Assembly: GCF_006345805.1 (NCBI RefSeq)
Contig: NC_043006.1
Span: forward strand, 2,728,001-2,792,000
DNA length: 64,000 bases
Source: Octopus sinensis
Lineage: Eukaryota
Reading direction: 5' to 3'
In this document: one piece after another, positions 50,526 to 64,000 of the stretch
Position numbering within the stretch: position 1 is the first letter of the stretch
Layout: each line of letters opens with the position of its first letter
Translations under genes and position numbers: made by a program
The notes under the pieces: generated by a model
What the model was told of the DNA's origin: nothing
The model's database searches: none
The model's input: the letters and a program-made list of their open reading frames with translations, nothing else

Positions 50526-52624
50526 ATATGTAAAAGAAAATGTACTGTTACGTAGCAATGTGTGTCAAAGCAATTTTATTGCATTTCATTTTACATCTGG
50601 TTCATGTCATTTTGATTGTAGCTCCGAGATCACTCCACATATGTCGAACTGAGTTGGGATGCCTATTTGATATGCAAATAATTTGTTAAAAATGCAAAAC
50701 ATTTCAAAAGAGTTAACAAAAAAGACTTTTTAATTCTGTTCAGTAATTGTTATAAAACTAGCTGACCCTGTGCCATCAAAAATAACAGTTAGTTGTAGTA
50801 TTTTATATATGAATAAGGACAAACGATAGAATATGGATGGTGATTCAAATTAATACACTTTTCAATGTTATCTAGTGGTTGTATTTTGAGATGTGACATC
50901 GATCATCATTTGTTATTGAAAGAAAGCAGGTTCACACATTGTACATGCATACACACATACACACATATACTCACACAGAGTTGAAATGCTGTTTGATTTT
51001 TCTTTTCAGCATTGATTGTTCACCATCCCACTTCCATTGCACTCATAAACACACACACAAACATTCACATACTGCCCTCTTCACATACACACACACATAT
51101 ATACTCACACAAAGTATATATAAATTTTTTTGCACCAATAGTATTTCCGTCATCCCACTTTCAAGTTTGCCATCACCCCTTCGTTTCTTTTTCATCTTCC
51201 ACTCCTTCTTTTCTCATTCATATGTTGTGATGGAGAAAAACATTAGAGTATTATTATAATAGAAGATTGAATTCCCAAGCTTCAGTAGAGTGGACGACCA
51301 CACAAACAAGCAGGTGTGACAAACTTGTGGAGATGAATTTTTGTTTAGTGAGTGATTAGATGGGGATGATGATGAGAATGGTCTGAAAATCATTTTTCAA
51401 GAAATATAACTTGTCCTACTTGTGCAATACTTGCAAGAGGCCCAAACTACAACAACAAAAAAAGACAAAAAACAAAAGAACTCGCCACCCCGCTCACATT
51501 ATACAAGTTGTATTTTCAAGTGATATAGTTTGGAGCAATCATAATTTTGCCTTTGTTTCAAGTAGTCTCTCCATTGGAGGGGAACCAATATTATGTTCAT
51601 TTGCAACATATTTCCAGATAAATGAGTGCTGATTTAGCTTGTCAGTGTGACCTGACAGGTTAGCTATGGGACTGCAGGTGCAGCAGATGTTTGCCAACTG
51701 AAAACTATATAAACATGAGTCAGTGCTTTGAAACTTCCAGTTCCTGGCCTAACATTGGCACACATTGTCAGCATTTACTAACTGTCTATTATTAATCACT
51801 ATTAGCTTTTTTCTTTTTAATATTATATTTTTGTTTTAAATTAATATGCAAGTGTTTATGTTAGGTAACTTGTATAAACCCGGGTATGTTTTTATATAAC
51901 CCTATTTCACAAGACAACATTGCATAGAAAGATGAAGGCCATTCATAATCAGAGCAAGAAAATCAGACATTAAACTTTATTCTAAAATGCCAGTTAAAGA
52001 TATTCGATTTATGAAACCATCAGTGTAATCGCTATAACTGAAATAATATTTTCAATGGAATGAAATCATTCTGAATAATTGGTAACTAACTTGCAGATTT
52101 ATTGACTGTTCTATGTATTTTGTGAAACATTTTGGTTTGTGAAGTTCTTAAGAAATCATGTCTGGAAAACTAGTGTATGAGTCATTGGTAACTTGATTGT
52201 TGAAGACAATGATGATGATGATGATGATACAAAAGTTAAATCTAATTGCAAATGTGTTCTCTTCCCTATAAATACTTTTTGTTGTGGGTTGTTCTGTTTG
52301 AATTCTGCTCAAGCAGAAATATAACACAAACATTGATTAACTGATTATTAGTAAGCCAATAAGCTAGGATTTGCCATACTTCAGATTTAAGACCTGCTGT
52401 ACTTTAATATATTTTGGTGTCTTGAGATCAATCAGCCACTATTCAGGGCTGGGATATTTTCTGGCCCTAAAAAAAGTCATCAGACCTAGTTTTTCGATGC
52501 AGTCTTCGTTATGTTATTCATCTGTTTCTTTTACTTATCTTCCTTTTTTAAAAAATATTCTATATTATAAACTTTAGAATTACTTTATTATGGAACAAAG
52601 CTTCATGGTGGAATCTACCATCAT

Positions 52625-52980
52625 TATTGTCATTTCCGGTTTTCCATGTTGACATTGACTGGACAGGTTTGCTGCATGGTGTACTGTGATCTTGTCCATA
52701 CCATAGTCCTTAGATATGACCCCTATTTCTTCACCTGCTTGTCTTTATTTCTCACTGCTAGTTCTGGGCACATGTCTATACCTTTACTTGTAATTTGCCT
52801 TCTATGCAAATTAATGTTGTTCATCCATTTTGTTCTTATACAATTCTCTCCAATCTCTGCAAATCTTTCACTTTGGTATCCAAGTCTTACTTCCATTCAA
52901 TATTGTGTTCCTTAGGCAGGCTTCATACAATCTCCCTTTTACATAGAATGACTCTGACTTATTTCATCTCCTTTACACCC
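52625..52980 (-). mobile_element. Very old RTE-like 3' fragment
   Basis: CCGGTTTTCCATGTTGACATTG resembles the reverse-complemented RTE tail. A WYG-like codon run lies at about 52690-52710 on the minus strand. Confidence 0.35.
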
Positions 52981-55900
52981 TAGCTATGACCAAATATCAA
53001 ATATTTCATCAAGCTGGCAGAAACAATTTACTTTATCTGGTATCAAAAGACATGATCTCAAGGTTGTTCCTGTCAGCAATCTAGGCTGTTGTCCAGGGCA
53101 CCAGTATTAGGGGGGTTGTCTCTTTATATGTTTAAATACGTTTGTGGCCACAGGAGAAAAGTTTTTGCTAACTAAACATTAGAAAGGTATTTAGTCATCC
53201 ACAATACAAAGCAGATTAAATTCTTTGGTAATTTTGTCAACACAAAATGATATTGAAAAATAGATAAATATAGAACGGGTCAGGAAAACATTTGTAGATC
53301 TAAAGTTGAGGAACATATATCATTCTAACATTCATCTGTTTTTTCGTAAATATTCTTTAATTATTTAAGAGAAAATTTGTTAAAAGAAAATGTGATCCTG
53401 CACACTCTTTTGACCTTCATTTACCTTATTGTCCAATGTGCTGAGATCATTTCTAGTTGTGGAGATACAATTGCTTTCCTTTTGTTGTAGCAAATGAAAT
53501 GATTTGAATCTGGTGCTGTGTTTCAGCTGTTTTCTTTATCTTGTCTAATGTTATGAACACTTTATTCCCACAGAGACATCTTTCCTTTCTGTGGAAAATG
53601 AATAAAAAAAATATTTAAGAGTGACAAAATTCAGCCTTAGAGCTGGCAGCTGGTCCTTGTTCTTTCAGGAACCGTTAATTCCACTTGATAGGGGGAAAAA
53701 AAAAAATCCTTCAATTTATTGTAGAATAAACTATGGGTGTTGTTAAAATAGTATTTTGGTTGAGAGTAAAAGAGAAGAGCCGAGTGTATGACTAAGGAAA
53801 TGGTTTTGGTTATTTTGAAGAGGGTGTCAAGAAGTTGTAAAAAAGGGAAAAGTAGCAGAGATATGGCTCAATGTTGTTATGATTTTGAGTGTATGCTCTG
53901 TCTCAACTTCATTATGATCATTAAGATAATAATGAAAATAAGGTAATTATTTCTCACTGATTTCATGGAGAAATTCAAGTATTTTGTTTTAACTGGTGTC
54001 TGGCATATATGGCTGGCTACCTTACATTGTAAAATGTTTACTAAATTTTGTATGACAGCTTTGTAAGTGCCAAGAGAAAGTATAAGCATTTAAATTCAAG
54101 TCAGTATTTTATGTACATAAGATGTTTTGTAGTTTTTTTTTTTATCTTAAATGCGCCAACTTGTTTAAGTTAAAGCATTTGAAAAGATGCTAATGACATA
54201 TTTCCACAAAGGAGGGGAAAACAAAAATAATAACATAAAAACAAAAAAAAAAAAGGCCATGTGACAGATGTGCTGTAAATTATAGTATGAATCATAAAAA
54301 TCACTTTCAAACAAAAGAGGAGCGAACATGTCAAGGAAATGTTATTTTGTAGACATCAATGGTTAGCGAGATTTTCTGCCTAATAATTGCCTGTCATCAA
54401 GCACATGAGAGAAAATGGCCCATGGCTACTTAAAATTTTTTCACTGAAACCTTGCTAATGTGACATAAACTGTAATAATGAATAGTTTTAGCTACAACTG
54501 AGAACAACCTCTTTGTTTCTGATAGTAATCTTTCTGGCTGACTATGGAATATAGAAATGTTACTGTTTACCCTCATAAATCACCTCAAGTGATTTAAATG
54601 ACTTTTCTGGGACAAGTTTAGTTGGACTTAGCCATCTGAATACATTTTATAACTTTTAAAAAATCACCATATTCCCATAATCTCAAAATTCTTGCTTTAT
54701 ATAAACATGCTGCTTGCTGATAAAATATTTTAATTAAAAGACCACCTCCGTCCTGATTATCATCTTGTTAAATAACCACAAATGAGAATGTGTTGAGGTG
54801 TTGTTTATTCTGTGTTAATCATTTACAATATGAGAAAGAGAGCATGATCCACCATTTGAGCCAGGCTCTAATTTGCCGCCTAACCAGAAGTCCCTTTTCT
54901 GCTGACCTCTTCAATAGCTAGTCTGCAGTAAAGGTCCTGTATCTCTTATGAGTTCATGCCCTACAATCAATTACTAATTGATTTTGTCCACCATTCCAAA
55001 AGTTTGTTACATCATCAGCTACAAATATTAAAATATATAATAACACTCGGAATCACCTACAATAAATATTCACAGTTCCTTGGAAGTCAACCTCGGAGAT
55101 TTTCATAATTTGATCTTCCACTTTTAAATATCTACATTCAACAGTTTCAATAAGCCTAGACTAATAGCTGTAACATTGTTTAATCTAAAGGCACAAGAAG
55201 TAAAAAATATTATTTCCCTACGTTTATCTTTTTGGTCTTGTTATATATACATACACATATACACATACACATATAAAGCTCCATTTTATATAGCCTTTTA
55301 ACTACTTTTATAGCCTTCTTCCAGCTCCAACAGAATTTAACATCAAGCAGCTCTATAGCATGAAATATTATCTGTTTACTGTGACTGAACTCCATTCAAG
55401 ACTCAGAAAGGAAAATAAACATCCCGCTATAGTTTATGCTGAAGGTGTATAGTGAATATTATATGATTGCTAGAAGGAGAAGACCAAAGCTGTGATGTTA
55501 TGCTTTCTACAGATTTTAAAATTATTTTTCATTTGTGCATATTTTGTGTATTTTAAATATTTGTATGTAAGTGGTTTTTACTGATAACTATGTTTTTTCT
55601 TTACATTCTTAAGCTCTTAGTTATGGCTCAATGTATATGGGGACATATATATGGTGAAGAGAATGGCCTGGAAGGGTACGTTTGGAAATAAACAAACTAG
55701 TTAGTCATTAACATGCCCAAGAGATCACCCTACTTACAACCAGCGATGAAGGTCTGTTGCTCTGCATAAGACACACCAGGGAACTAACTGGGTTGTCTGT
55801 GTTTGAATACTGCTAAGACCAAATATTGGTTGTGAGATCTTCTGAATACCGAACTGAGTTAGGTCAATGGCCAGGTGATTGATCAAGTAAAAAAGAATCC

Positions 55901-56861
55901 AAACATCTAGGTTACTGCATCTACATGACTGCCACAGTCACTATGAAGTTTATTGCAGGCTGGGGTATGAGCAATCGGACATGAAGTGGGAAAAAAAATC
56001 ACAGTGTATCCCACAACACAAAGATATGAGTAGTGGCTTCTCAGTGACTCTGTATGGCCGGGAGGAGTCCCAACTAAACATTAACCCCCCATACAAAGAC
56101 AGCAGCTTCAAGTTATGATACTGGTGTGATATGTTATGGGTCCAGTGCACAAGACTGAAGCTTATGTCTTAGATCAGGCATGGGTAAGAACTGGGCCGCA
56201 TAGGACAGGGCTCATCATCAAGTGGGCGGCACTACTGAAAATTTGAAGGTTATTTTTCATTAGGCAAAGCCATTCAGAAACACCTGCAAGCTATGGGACT
56301 TTCTAAATAACACACAGGTTGTCTGTGACACTCCTAACTAAATCTGCAATCCTACTAGCCTGGTAAACATTGCACAAACAAAAGCTAAAATAGTTTGGAT
56401 CTATTTGCAACCTGCCATTTGACCATCTTGAGTGAATCCCCATGTTTGGTACTGTCCTGGGTATGTGTCAGGTGTGGAAGACACCATCACCAATGGACTG
56501 ACGACAGTTATAAGTCAGGCAACATTATCAAAACATCTCTTCCTATTTTGTAATGTAATCAGTTGAGAGAATTCTGGTTGCTATTTCTAGCAGTGGATCA
56601 ACCATATATAAATTCCATCAGTAGCTTGATGAAGTGTTGAGAGATGAAATACTATGAAACTGGTAGTTAAAGTAACTAATTACCAAGTTTGTTTATGCCA
56701 AGGATTACTTGAGTAACAATTGATTGGAGTCAAACTGGTTAATCCGTGCAGGTCATCTTCGAAAGAATAACTAAACTCCAAGAGGTTGTCTAAAAGTCTG
56801 CCGGTCCACACTGGCATGGCTAAGATAAAGGTAAAACTAATAACAACAACAACAACGATGG

Positions 56862-56892
<31 letters not shown>

Positions 56893-57258
56893 GGTGTAAC
56901 CCTTTTCAAGTTTCCGTTTCCACATTCTTACATTCAGCAGGGATTAGATTTAACTCACGTTGAAGGGTTAACATAACATCCAGTGTTTATAATTGTCATT
57001 GGTAATGATTTACAGCTATAAACACACGAGGAGGTTCATACAGACCACGTGACACCCTTAAAAACCCTCTCCATTTTCATCCTCATCTTTGTAAGATCTT
57101 CTTGTCCCCCATTCGGTTCCTTTCATTGACCCCTCCTCGTTCTTTTTCTCCTTGCATCTTCTTATATCTGGATATAAGGAGATGCAACATACATACAATT
57201 ATATATCATCATCATCATCATCATCATCCTATCCTTTAACGCCTGTTTGATGATGATG

Positions 57259-57293
<35 letters not shown>

Positions 57294-57599
57294 ACACACA
57301 TCTTTTGACAGCTTTTGAAGATGAATCTGGTTGTATGTGGAGGTGAGGAGGGAGGTGGATGGAGGATGGTATTAAAGCAAGAAATATCTATCAGTTTGTT
57401 ATGCCTTGCTAATGTTATTAGATGCTGCCGATGGTGTGCATGGATGTCATCAGTTTTTCTATACAGATGTGTGTGTGTGTGTGTGTGCGTGAGGGAGAAA
57501 GAGATAGAGAGAGAGAGGGGGTTAGGGAGAGAGAAACTAAATTTGATGTTGATCCTTGGTCTGGAAGGATGCCATGCAATTTCCAGGCAAGTGGCTTTC

Positions 57600-58369
57600 A
57601 CAACTGAACGCCACTGAAAGCTTCTCATTTATTTCTTCAATGCCAACTCGAGTGGAACTAGCGGCTATTTGGTAACTGACTGTTGCAACAGTGGATTGTA
57701 ACTTCTATTGGAATCCACTAAATTTCCAACCGAATTCTCTCTCTCTCTCTCTCTTTCTCAAAGCTCTTCACTGGAAGCTGGAAGGAGAGGAGACGGACGG
57801 GTAGGGGTGGGTGAAGAAGTGGGGGTAAGGAGCAAAAGAACGGTGGAGACACGGGAAGTGAGGTTGATGGTGCTAGCGGAAGCTGATGGTAAGGTAGTGG
57901 TATCCAGGGAATCTCTCTCTCTCTCTCTCTTTCCCTCTTCCTCTGTGTGTGTGTGTGTGTGTGAATTGTCTGCCGGGACAGCAACGAATTAAGACAGTTC
58001 CAACTATACTGTGTTGATTTGGTGGTAGTGTCTCGCCATGACACATCAATTGGAGTGGAACTGATTACTAGAATAGTTGGTGCATAAAAAAAAACAAGAG
58101 AGGGGGGGAAAAGACAGAGTAAGAGTGAGAAAGGCTACAAACACTCTCTCTCTCTGTCTCTCTTCCTCTGTCTACTCCTTACGATTTGCTGCTTGTCACT
58201 TCCTAGCCTCGCCTTCCTCATGTTTTATTGGCTGTGCCCAGCCATGCATGAAGGCAAGCAAGACTGCACGGCGTAAAAGGAATTGGTCGAGTGGGCTTAG
58301 TCAATCGACGAGTTGGAGGAGGTGGAGCAGAAGGGAAAGAAAGAGGAAGAAGGATAGAAATGTGAGCAT

Positions 58370-58416
<47 letters not shown>

Positions 58417-58955
58417 CTTGTGTCATAGTTGCAGACAGCTGGGCACAGAACTACTGCTGCTGCTGCTGCTACTACTACAAACGCATCTACATACGCGCAC
58501 GTACGTGTGCGCGAGCGCGTATATCTGTCTTTTTCTGTGCGTATCTTTGTTTATTAAATGTCTGTTAGTCAACTGTGAAGCGAGTTTCTCTGATGAAACC
58601 TTACACGGACGCACACACACACACACACACACGCGCACACACACACGCACACACACACACACGCACACGCACACACGCACGCACACACACACACACGCAT
58701 ACACACACGCACACACAGTTCTTGGTGAATTTGTCAAAGCCACCCCTCCAAAACGCTTTGTATATTTATTTACTTGTTGTATCAGTCGGAACTGACGACT
58801 GCTGTACATAGTTTCCTTCCTTTCCTGACGCAAAACGAAGGCATTACCAAACCGTTTCATTTCAATTCCACTGCAGTGTGGCGCCGACTACCAACCATTT
58901 CTCTCTACCGTGGACCGTTTAACAATATAACACCACACACACACACACACACGCA

Positions 58956-59008
<53 letters not shown>

Positions 59009-59500
59009 CATAGATGCTCTCTCTCAAACATATATATGTATATATATATTTATACTGTATATATAAATTTATGTCTACCAATTGACACACATCGCCGACC
59101 GTTTCACGAAACATTGCCCCCTCCCGTATCACACACACACACACTACATCTATCTGGAGACGGACGGACAGACAGGGAGGCGGGCGAGTGGTTCGCTCCT
59201 TGTCCGGGAGAATGTCTGTCAGCCTGCCTGCCAGCCGGTCTGTCTGACGACAAACTTTTTACTTGAAAAGTAAGTGTGATTGCTATTATTGGTCTAGTTT
59301 AGTAGTTAAGTCATTCGGTTAAGAAAAAAAAAAGGGGGAAGAAAGAAAAGGATTAAAAAAATAAGGTGGATCGACCTCATCAACGATGGCAACTGTAATA
59401 GCAGCAGCAGCAGTAGTAGACATGAGGATGGGAGATGGATGGAACCTAAAACAACAATACAAGAAATAGGCGCTTGGCCATGCTCTACCGTTTCCTTCGT
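57600..59500. promoter_or_regulatory. CpG-retaining, promoter/5' UTR-like region, possibly divergent
   Basis: Visibly more CG dinucleotides than 50-57 kb (for example TACGCGCACGTACGTGTGCGCGAGCGCG at about 58491). Minus-strand CCAAT at about 58230 and TCAGTT at about 58060. Plus-strand TCAGTC at about 58782 and a strong donor GAAAA|GTAAGT at 59269/59270. Interspersed GA/CA/CTG repeats. Not quantified. Confidence 0.4.
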
Positions 59501-59581
59501 CTCCCCCCCTCTCTCTCTCTGTCTATTTGATATGGCCAGCAATCAACTATCAAATTGCTCATTCTGATGTTATAATTACAT

Positions 59582-59897
<316 letters not shown>

Positions 59898-60073
59898 CTA
59901 ATTTGTGTGTTTGTGTGCTGGAAAGCACGTTTGGATTCCCTTCAAAGTATCCGAGCGAACTGCAAGTTTTTAAACTCTTTCCCACTTCACCAACATTAAA
60001 TCTGTTATAAAAATGTTGAGTTATTCAGAAGTTTCGTCAACGGCCAGCTTTTCAAACTGTCCATAGATCTACG

Positions 60074-61286
60074 TATGTATGTATGTATATATCATATGTA
60101 TGTATATATCATGTATGTATGTATGTATGTATGTATGTATGTATGTATGTATGTATGTATGTATGAACGTATTATGTAATACATGTATGTATGTATGTAT
60201 GTATTATGTATGTATGTATGTATGTATGTTGTATGTATGTAATGTATGTTTATGTATGTAATGTATGTATGCAGTTGTATGTATGTATGTATATCATATG
60301 AATGTATGTATGTATTTATGTATGTATGTATGTATGTATGTATGTATATCATATGTATGTATGTATGTATGTATGTATGAATGTATGGATGTATGGATGT
60401 ATGTATGTATGCATATATGTATGTTTGTTTGTATGTATGTATGTATGCATGCATGTATGTATATCATATGTATGTATGTATGTATGAATGTATGTATGTA
60501 TGTATGTATATATCATATGTATGTATGTATGTATGCATGCATGTATGTATGTATGTATGTATGTATGCATGCATGTATGTATGTATGTATGTATTCTGTA
60601 TGTATGTATGTATGTATGTATGTATGCAATGTATGTATGTATTTATGTATGTATGTATGTATGTATGGATGTATCTATGTATGATGTATGTATGTATGTA
60701 GTATGTATGTAATGATGGGTAGTTATGTATGTTATGTATGTATGTATGTATGTATGTTAATGTATGTATGTATGTATGTATGTATGTTATGTATGTATGT
60801 ATCTGTATGTATGTATGTATTTAGGTATGTATGTATGTTGTATGTAGGTATGTATGTTATGTATGTATGTATCTATGTATGTATGTAGTATGTATGTTAT
60901 GTATGTATGTATTATGTATGTATTATGTATGTATGTTATGTATGTATGTATCTATGTATGTATGTATGTATGTATGTATGTATGTATGTATGTATGTATG
61001 TGTATGTATTTATGTTTTGTATGTATGTATGTATGTATGTATTTATGTATGTATGTTATGTATGTATGTATGTATGTATGTATGTATGTATGTATGTATG
61101 TTGTATGTGTATGTTATGTATGTATGTATCTATGTTTTGTATGTATGTAGTATGTATGTTGTATGTATGTTATGTATGTATGTATCTATGTAATGTATGT
61201 ATGTATGCATGTATGTATTTGTATGTATGTATGTATGTATGTATGTATGGTATGTATGTATGTATGTATGTTATGTATGTATGTAT
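60074..61286 (+). repeat. About 1.2 kb (TATG)n array
   Basis: Visible directly. It explains the MYVC/HTYI pseudo-ORFs. Confidence 0.97.
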
Positions 61287-62101
61287 GGTACCTTGCTCTG
61301 TATCCGTCTTTGCTATCTGGATGTCGATCCACTTTTTTTTTGTATTAAACTCGGATTTCTCTCCCCACAAGTTGAGAGGAAATTCCAAGTTTACTTTTAT
61401 TTGTATTTAAACAACCAGGCAATTTTTTTCTCTACGCATATACACTTACACACACACACACACACAGAGCAAACTAAACTCGGTTTATATTCCATCATAA
61501 TAATACATTGGCAAAGCACAAATCCTCCTCCGACCTCCATAATAAACTAAGTTGTTGCTCACATGCCTTTCTCATCGACACCAATGACGTAAACTAAACA
61601 GCTTCGACTGCGTATCGAACCCGTTTGCCAAAGGCCCGTCTACATCGCTCTACCACTACTCATCGTTTGTTTCAATGTGTTCGTCCACGCATACCTACAT
61701 TATTACCTCTACTCCGTCCTCTCCTCTCCTCTTCCTCTAAACCATCATTTCATCCCTTACTACTTTCCTTTTTTCAAAACCCTAACCCCGCCACTTTTCC
61801 CTCTCTTCATACATCAAGGCCTCAATTTCTGCTTTCTCTCTATCCTTCCCCTCACACGTGGAAGATAAGATGGAGTGGGCGTATCCTGTCTACTCGTCTT
61901 ATTTACTTTAGTTTGAACTTCTCAGTATGGCTACCGAGCATGTGTGTTTATATATGGAGACGGAAACTACACGGCATTACCTTTCGTTGGGCTTCAAAGT
62001 CTAAATTCTCTTCATTTAACCTTCAGATGTAGTTGTTCTTTCGCTACAACAAATCTTTCCATTCCCTGGAACAAATAACCAATAACTAATCGTCGCTATT
62101 T

Positions 62102-62136
62102 ATACATACATATAACACACAAACACATTTATATAC

Positions 62137-62177
<41 letters not shown>

Positions 62178-62231
62178 CACATATATACACGCACATACAT
62201 ATGTATATACATACATATAACACACAAACAC

Positions 62232-62297
<66 letters not shown>

Positions 62298-62370
62298 TAT
62301 ATATATACAGACACCATGTATATATACACGCACATCCACATATGTATATACATTGGTATATACACACACG
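62102..62370. repeat. (TA)/(CA) complex microsatellite with an internal direct duplication
   Basis: TATACATACATATAACACACAAACACATTTATATA occurs at about 62101 and about 62206. Confidence 0.9.
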
Positions 62371-62964
62371 TTCGTGTGTGTTTATAAAGGAAAACAATTA
62401 TAAACGTGGCAACTTGTTTTGTCTTTATTTCATCGTCATCCCTTTTTATCCTTAATTACTTTATCACAAGTCCAGGGCTGTGTAATTGCGTCATCGCTCA
62501 AAGTGGTCAACTTTGTGATCATCTTTCCCAGCGGGGTGGGTGGGTCATTAAAATAAGCACCCGTAATACAGCGAGGCTCCATTTACCCATACCCTCATTC
62601 CTATTATATATAAACAAATAATTTCCCAGAAATTCATTAAAGGATGTAGCGACGCTGAAGTTTTTTCTAGTTTTCACGAATGTCGTTAGTGAAACATAAA
62701 CAACCACTTCCCATTCGTCTTCTTTCTTCTCGCTTGCGTAAAAAATATTCCTGCTCTCACAATGACATCTTGCAACTATATTTGTCTTCTCTCCACACAG
62801 AAAATAAAAAATTCAAAAAAAGTTGAAGGGACTGAAGAATTAATTTCCTTCTCTGGATGGATGCTAATCGAATGGAAGTAACTTTCACATCGGAACCGAA
62901 ATGAATCGTTACAAACGTAATTTTTAATTCACTTCACTTTTTTTCTTGTTTCAATTCTGCTCAG

Positions 62965-63025
62965 TTCCGAGTCTGTCCACCTCGTCATGGGTGACGGCAA
63001 AGCGACTTGGAATGATGAGATCTGA
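62965..63025 (+). other. Candidate 61-nt exon (5' UTR or start-codon exon)
   Basis: Strong acceptor ttttttcttgtttcaattctgctcAG and donor TGA|GTAAGG. It contains a short uORF (MGDGKATWNDEI*) and ATG ATG AGA TCT GA at its end. Confidence 0.25.
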
Positions 63026-63156
63026 GTAAGGTGCCACTCGGTATTTTCCCGTCATCCCTGGCCAACCAGGAACCCTTGATGCTTCTTCACCAATCTTTTC
63101 GCTTCAGCTGTCTAAGCAAGCTTCAAGGTTACAAATCGTACACCGTAAAATTCATT

Positions 63157-63448
63157 ATATATATATATAATGTATGTATATATATATAATGTATATTATA
63201 TATAATGTATGTATATATATATATAATGTATATTATATATAATTGTATATATATAATAATGTAATATATATATGTATGTATATATATATAATAATGTATA
63301 TTATATATATATAATGTATGTATATATATATTTATATATATATATGTGTATATATAATTTATATATATATGTGTATATATATATAAAATGTGTATATATG
63401 TATATAATGTATATATATATATATATAAAATGTATATATATATATAAA

Positions 63449-63488
<40 letters not shown>

Positions 63489-64000
63489 TATATATTATAT
63501 AAATGTATATATTATATATATATATAATGTATATCGTTATATATATATGTATATTATATTATTTAATGTATATATATATAATGTATATATATATATATAT
63601 AATGTATATATATATATATATATATATAAACTTAGATATGTTTCGAATAAGATGGTCCAGGCCATGTCTAACTTAATACCATATATATAATGTATTAAAT
63701 ATATATATATATATATATTATATATAATATATATCTATATATATATATCTATATATATATAATGTAATATATAATGTATTATATGATATATATATATAAT
63801 GTATATACTTATATGATATATATATAATGGTATATATATATTAATGTATGTATATATATATATAATGTATATTATATATATATATATAATGTATATATAT
63901 ATATATATAATGTAATATATATATAATGTATATATATATAATGCATTATATATATATATATAATGTATATTATATATATATATATATATATATAATGTAT
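63157..64000. repeat. Long (TA)n-rich array with AATG interruptions, running off the window
   Basis: Visible directly. One unique island lies at about 63628-63685. Confidence 0.95.

Noticed and set aside
60079-61550. Many overlapping MYVC/HTYI ORFs
   Set aside because: Artefacts of the (TATG)n array.
62961-63107. Minus-strand 50-codon frame SEKIGEEASRVPGWPGMTGKYRVAPYSD...
   Set aside because: It is preceded by an in-frame TGA with no usable acceptor, and an ORF of this length is expected by chance at this GC content.

Overview
A 64 kb, AT-rich, repeat-dense eukaryotic window. The SINE, RTE and MITE families and the giant microsatellites look like those of an octopus (coleoid cephalopod) genome; this is inferred from pattern recognition, not a database search. 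There is no intact long host ORF, and no rRNA, tRNA or CRISPR array. Every long ORF in the track is either a transposon relic or a microsatellite artefact. Supported content: two Tc1 relics, a mariner, a maT-like element split by a SINE, three large RTE LINE copies plus tail-only copies, a CR1 relic, two R4/Dong-type endonuclease fragments, two tRNA-derived SINE families, TTAA-flanked piggyBac-type MITEs and a mariner MITE. One R4/Dong fragment sits inside about 2.2 kb of (TAA)n. A 1185-bp non-coding element has long terminal inverted repeats (TIRs) and an exact 8-bp target-site duplication (TSD). Several short, well-bounded candidate exons and a CpG-rich promoter-like block at about 57.6-59.5 kb suggest the window is mostly intronic DNA of one or two large genes, which I cannot name. 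The most interesting points are the Dong-like element in the TAA array, the unclassified 8-bp-TSD element, a variable-copy hairpin repeat in the RTE 3' UTR, and a possible SINE-LINE chimera.
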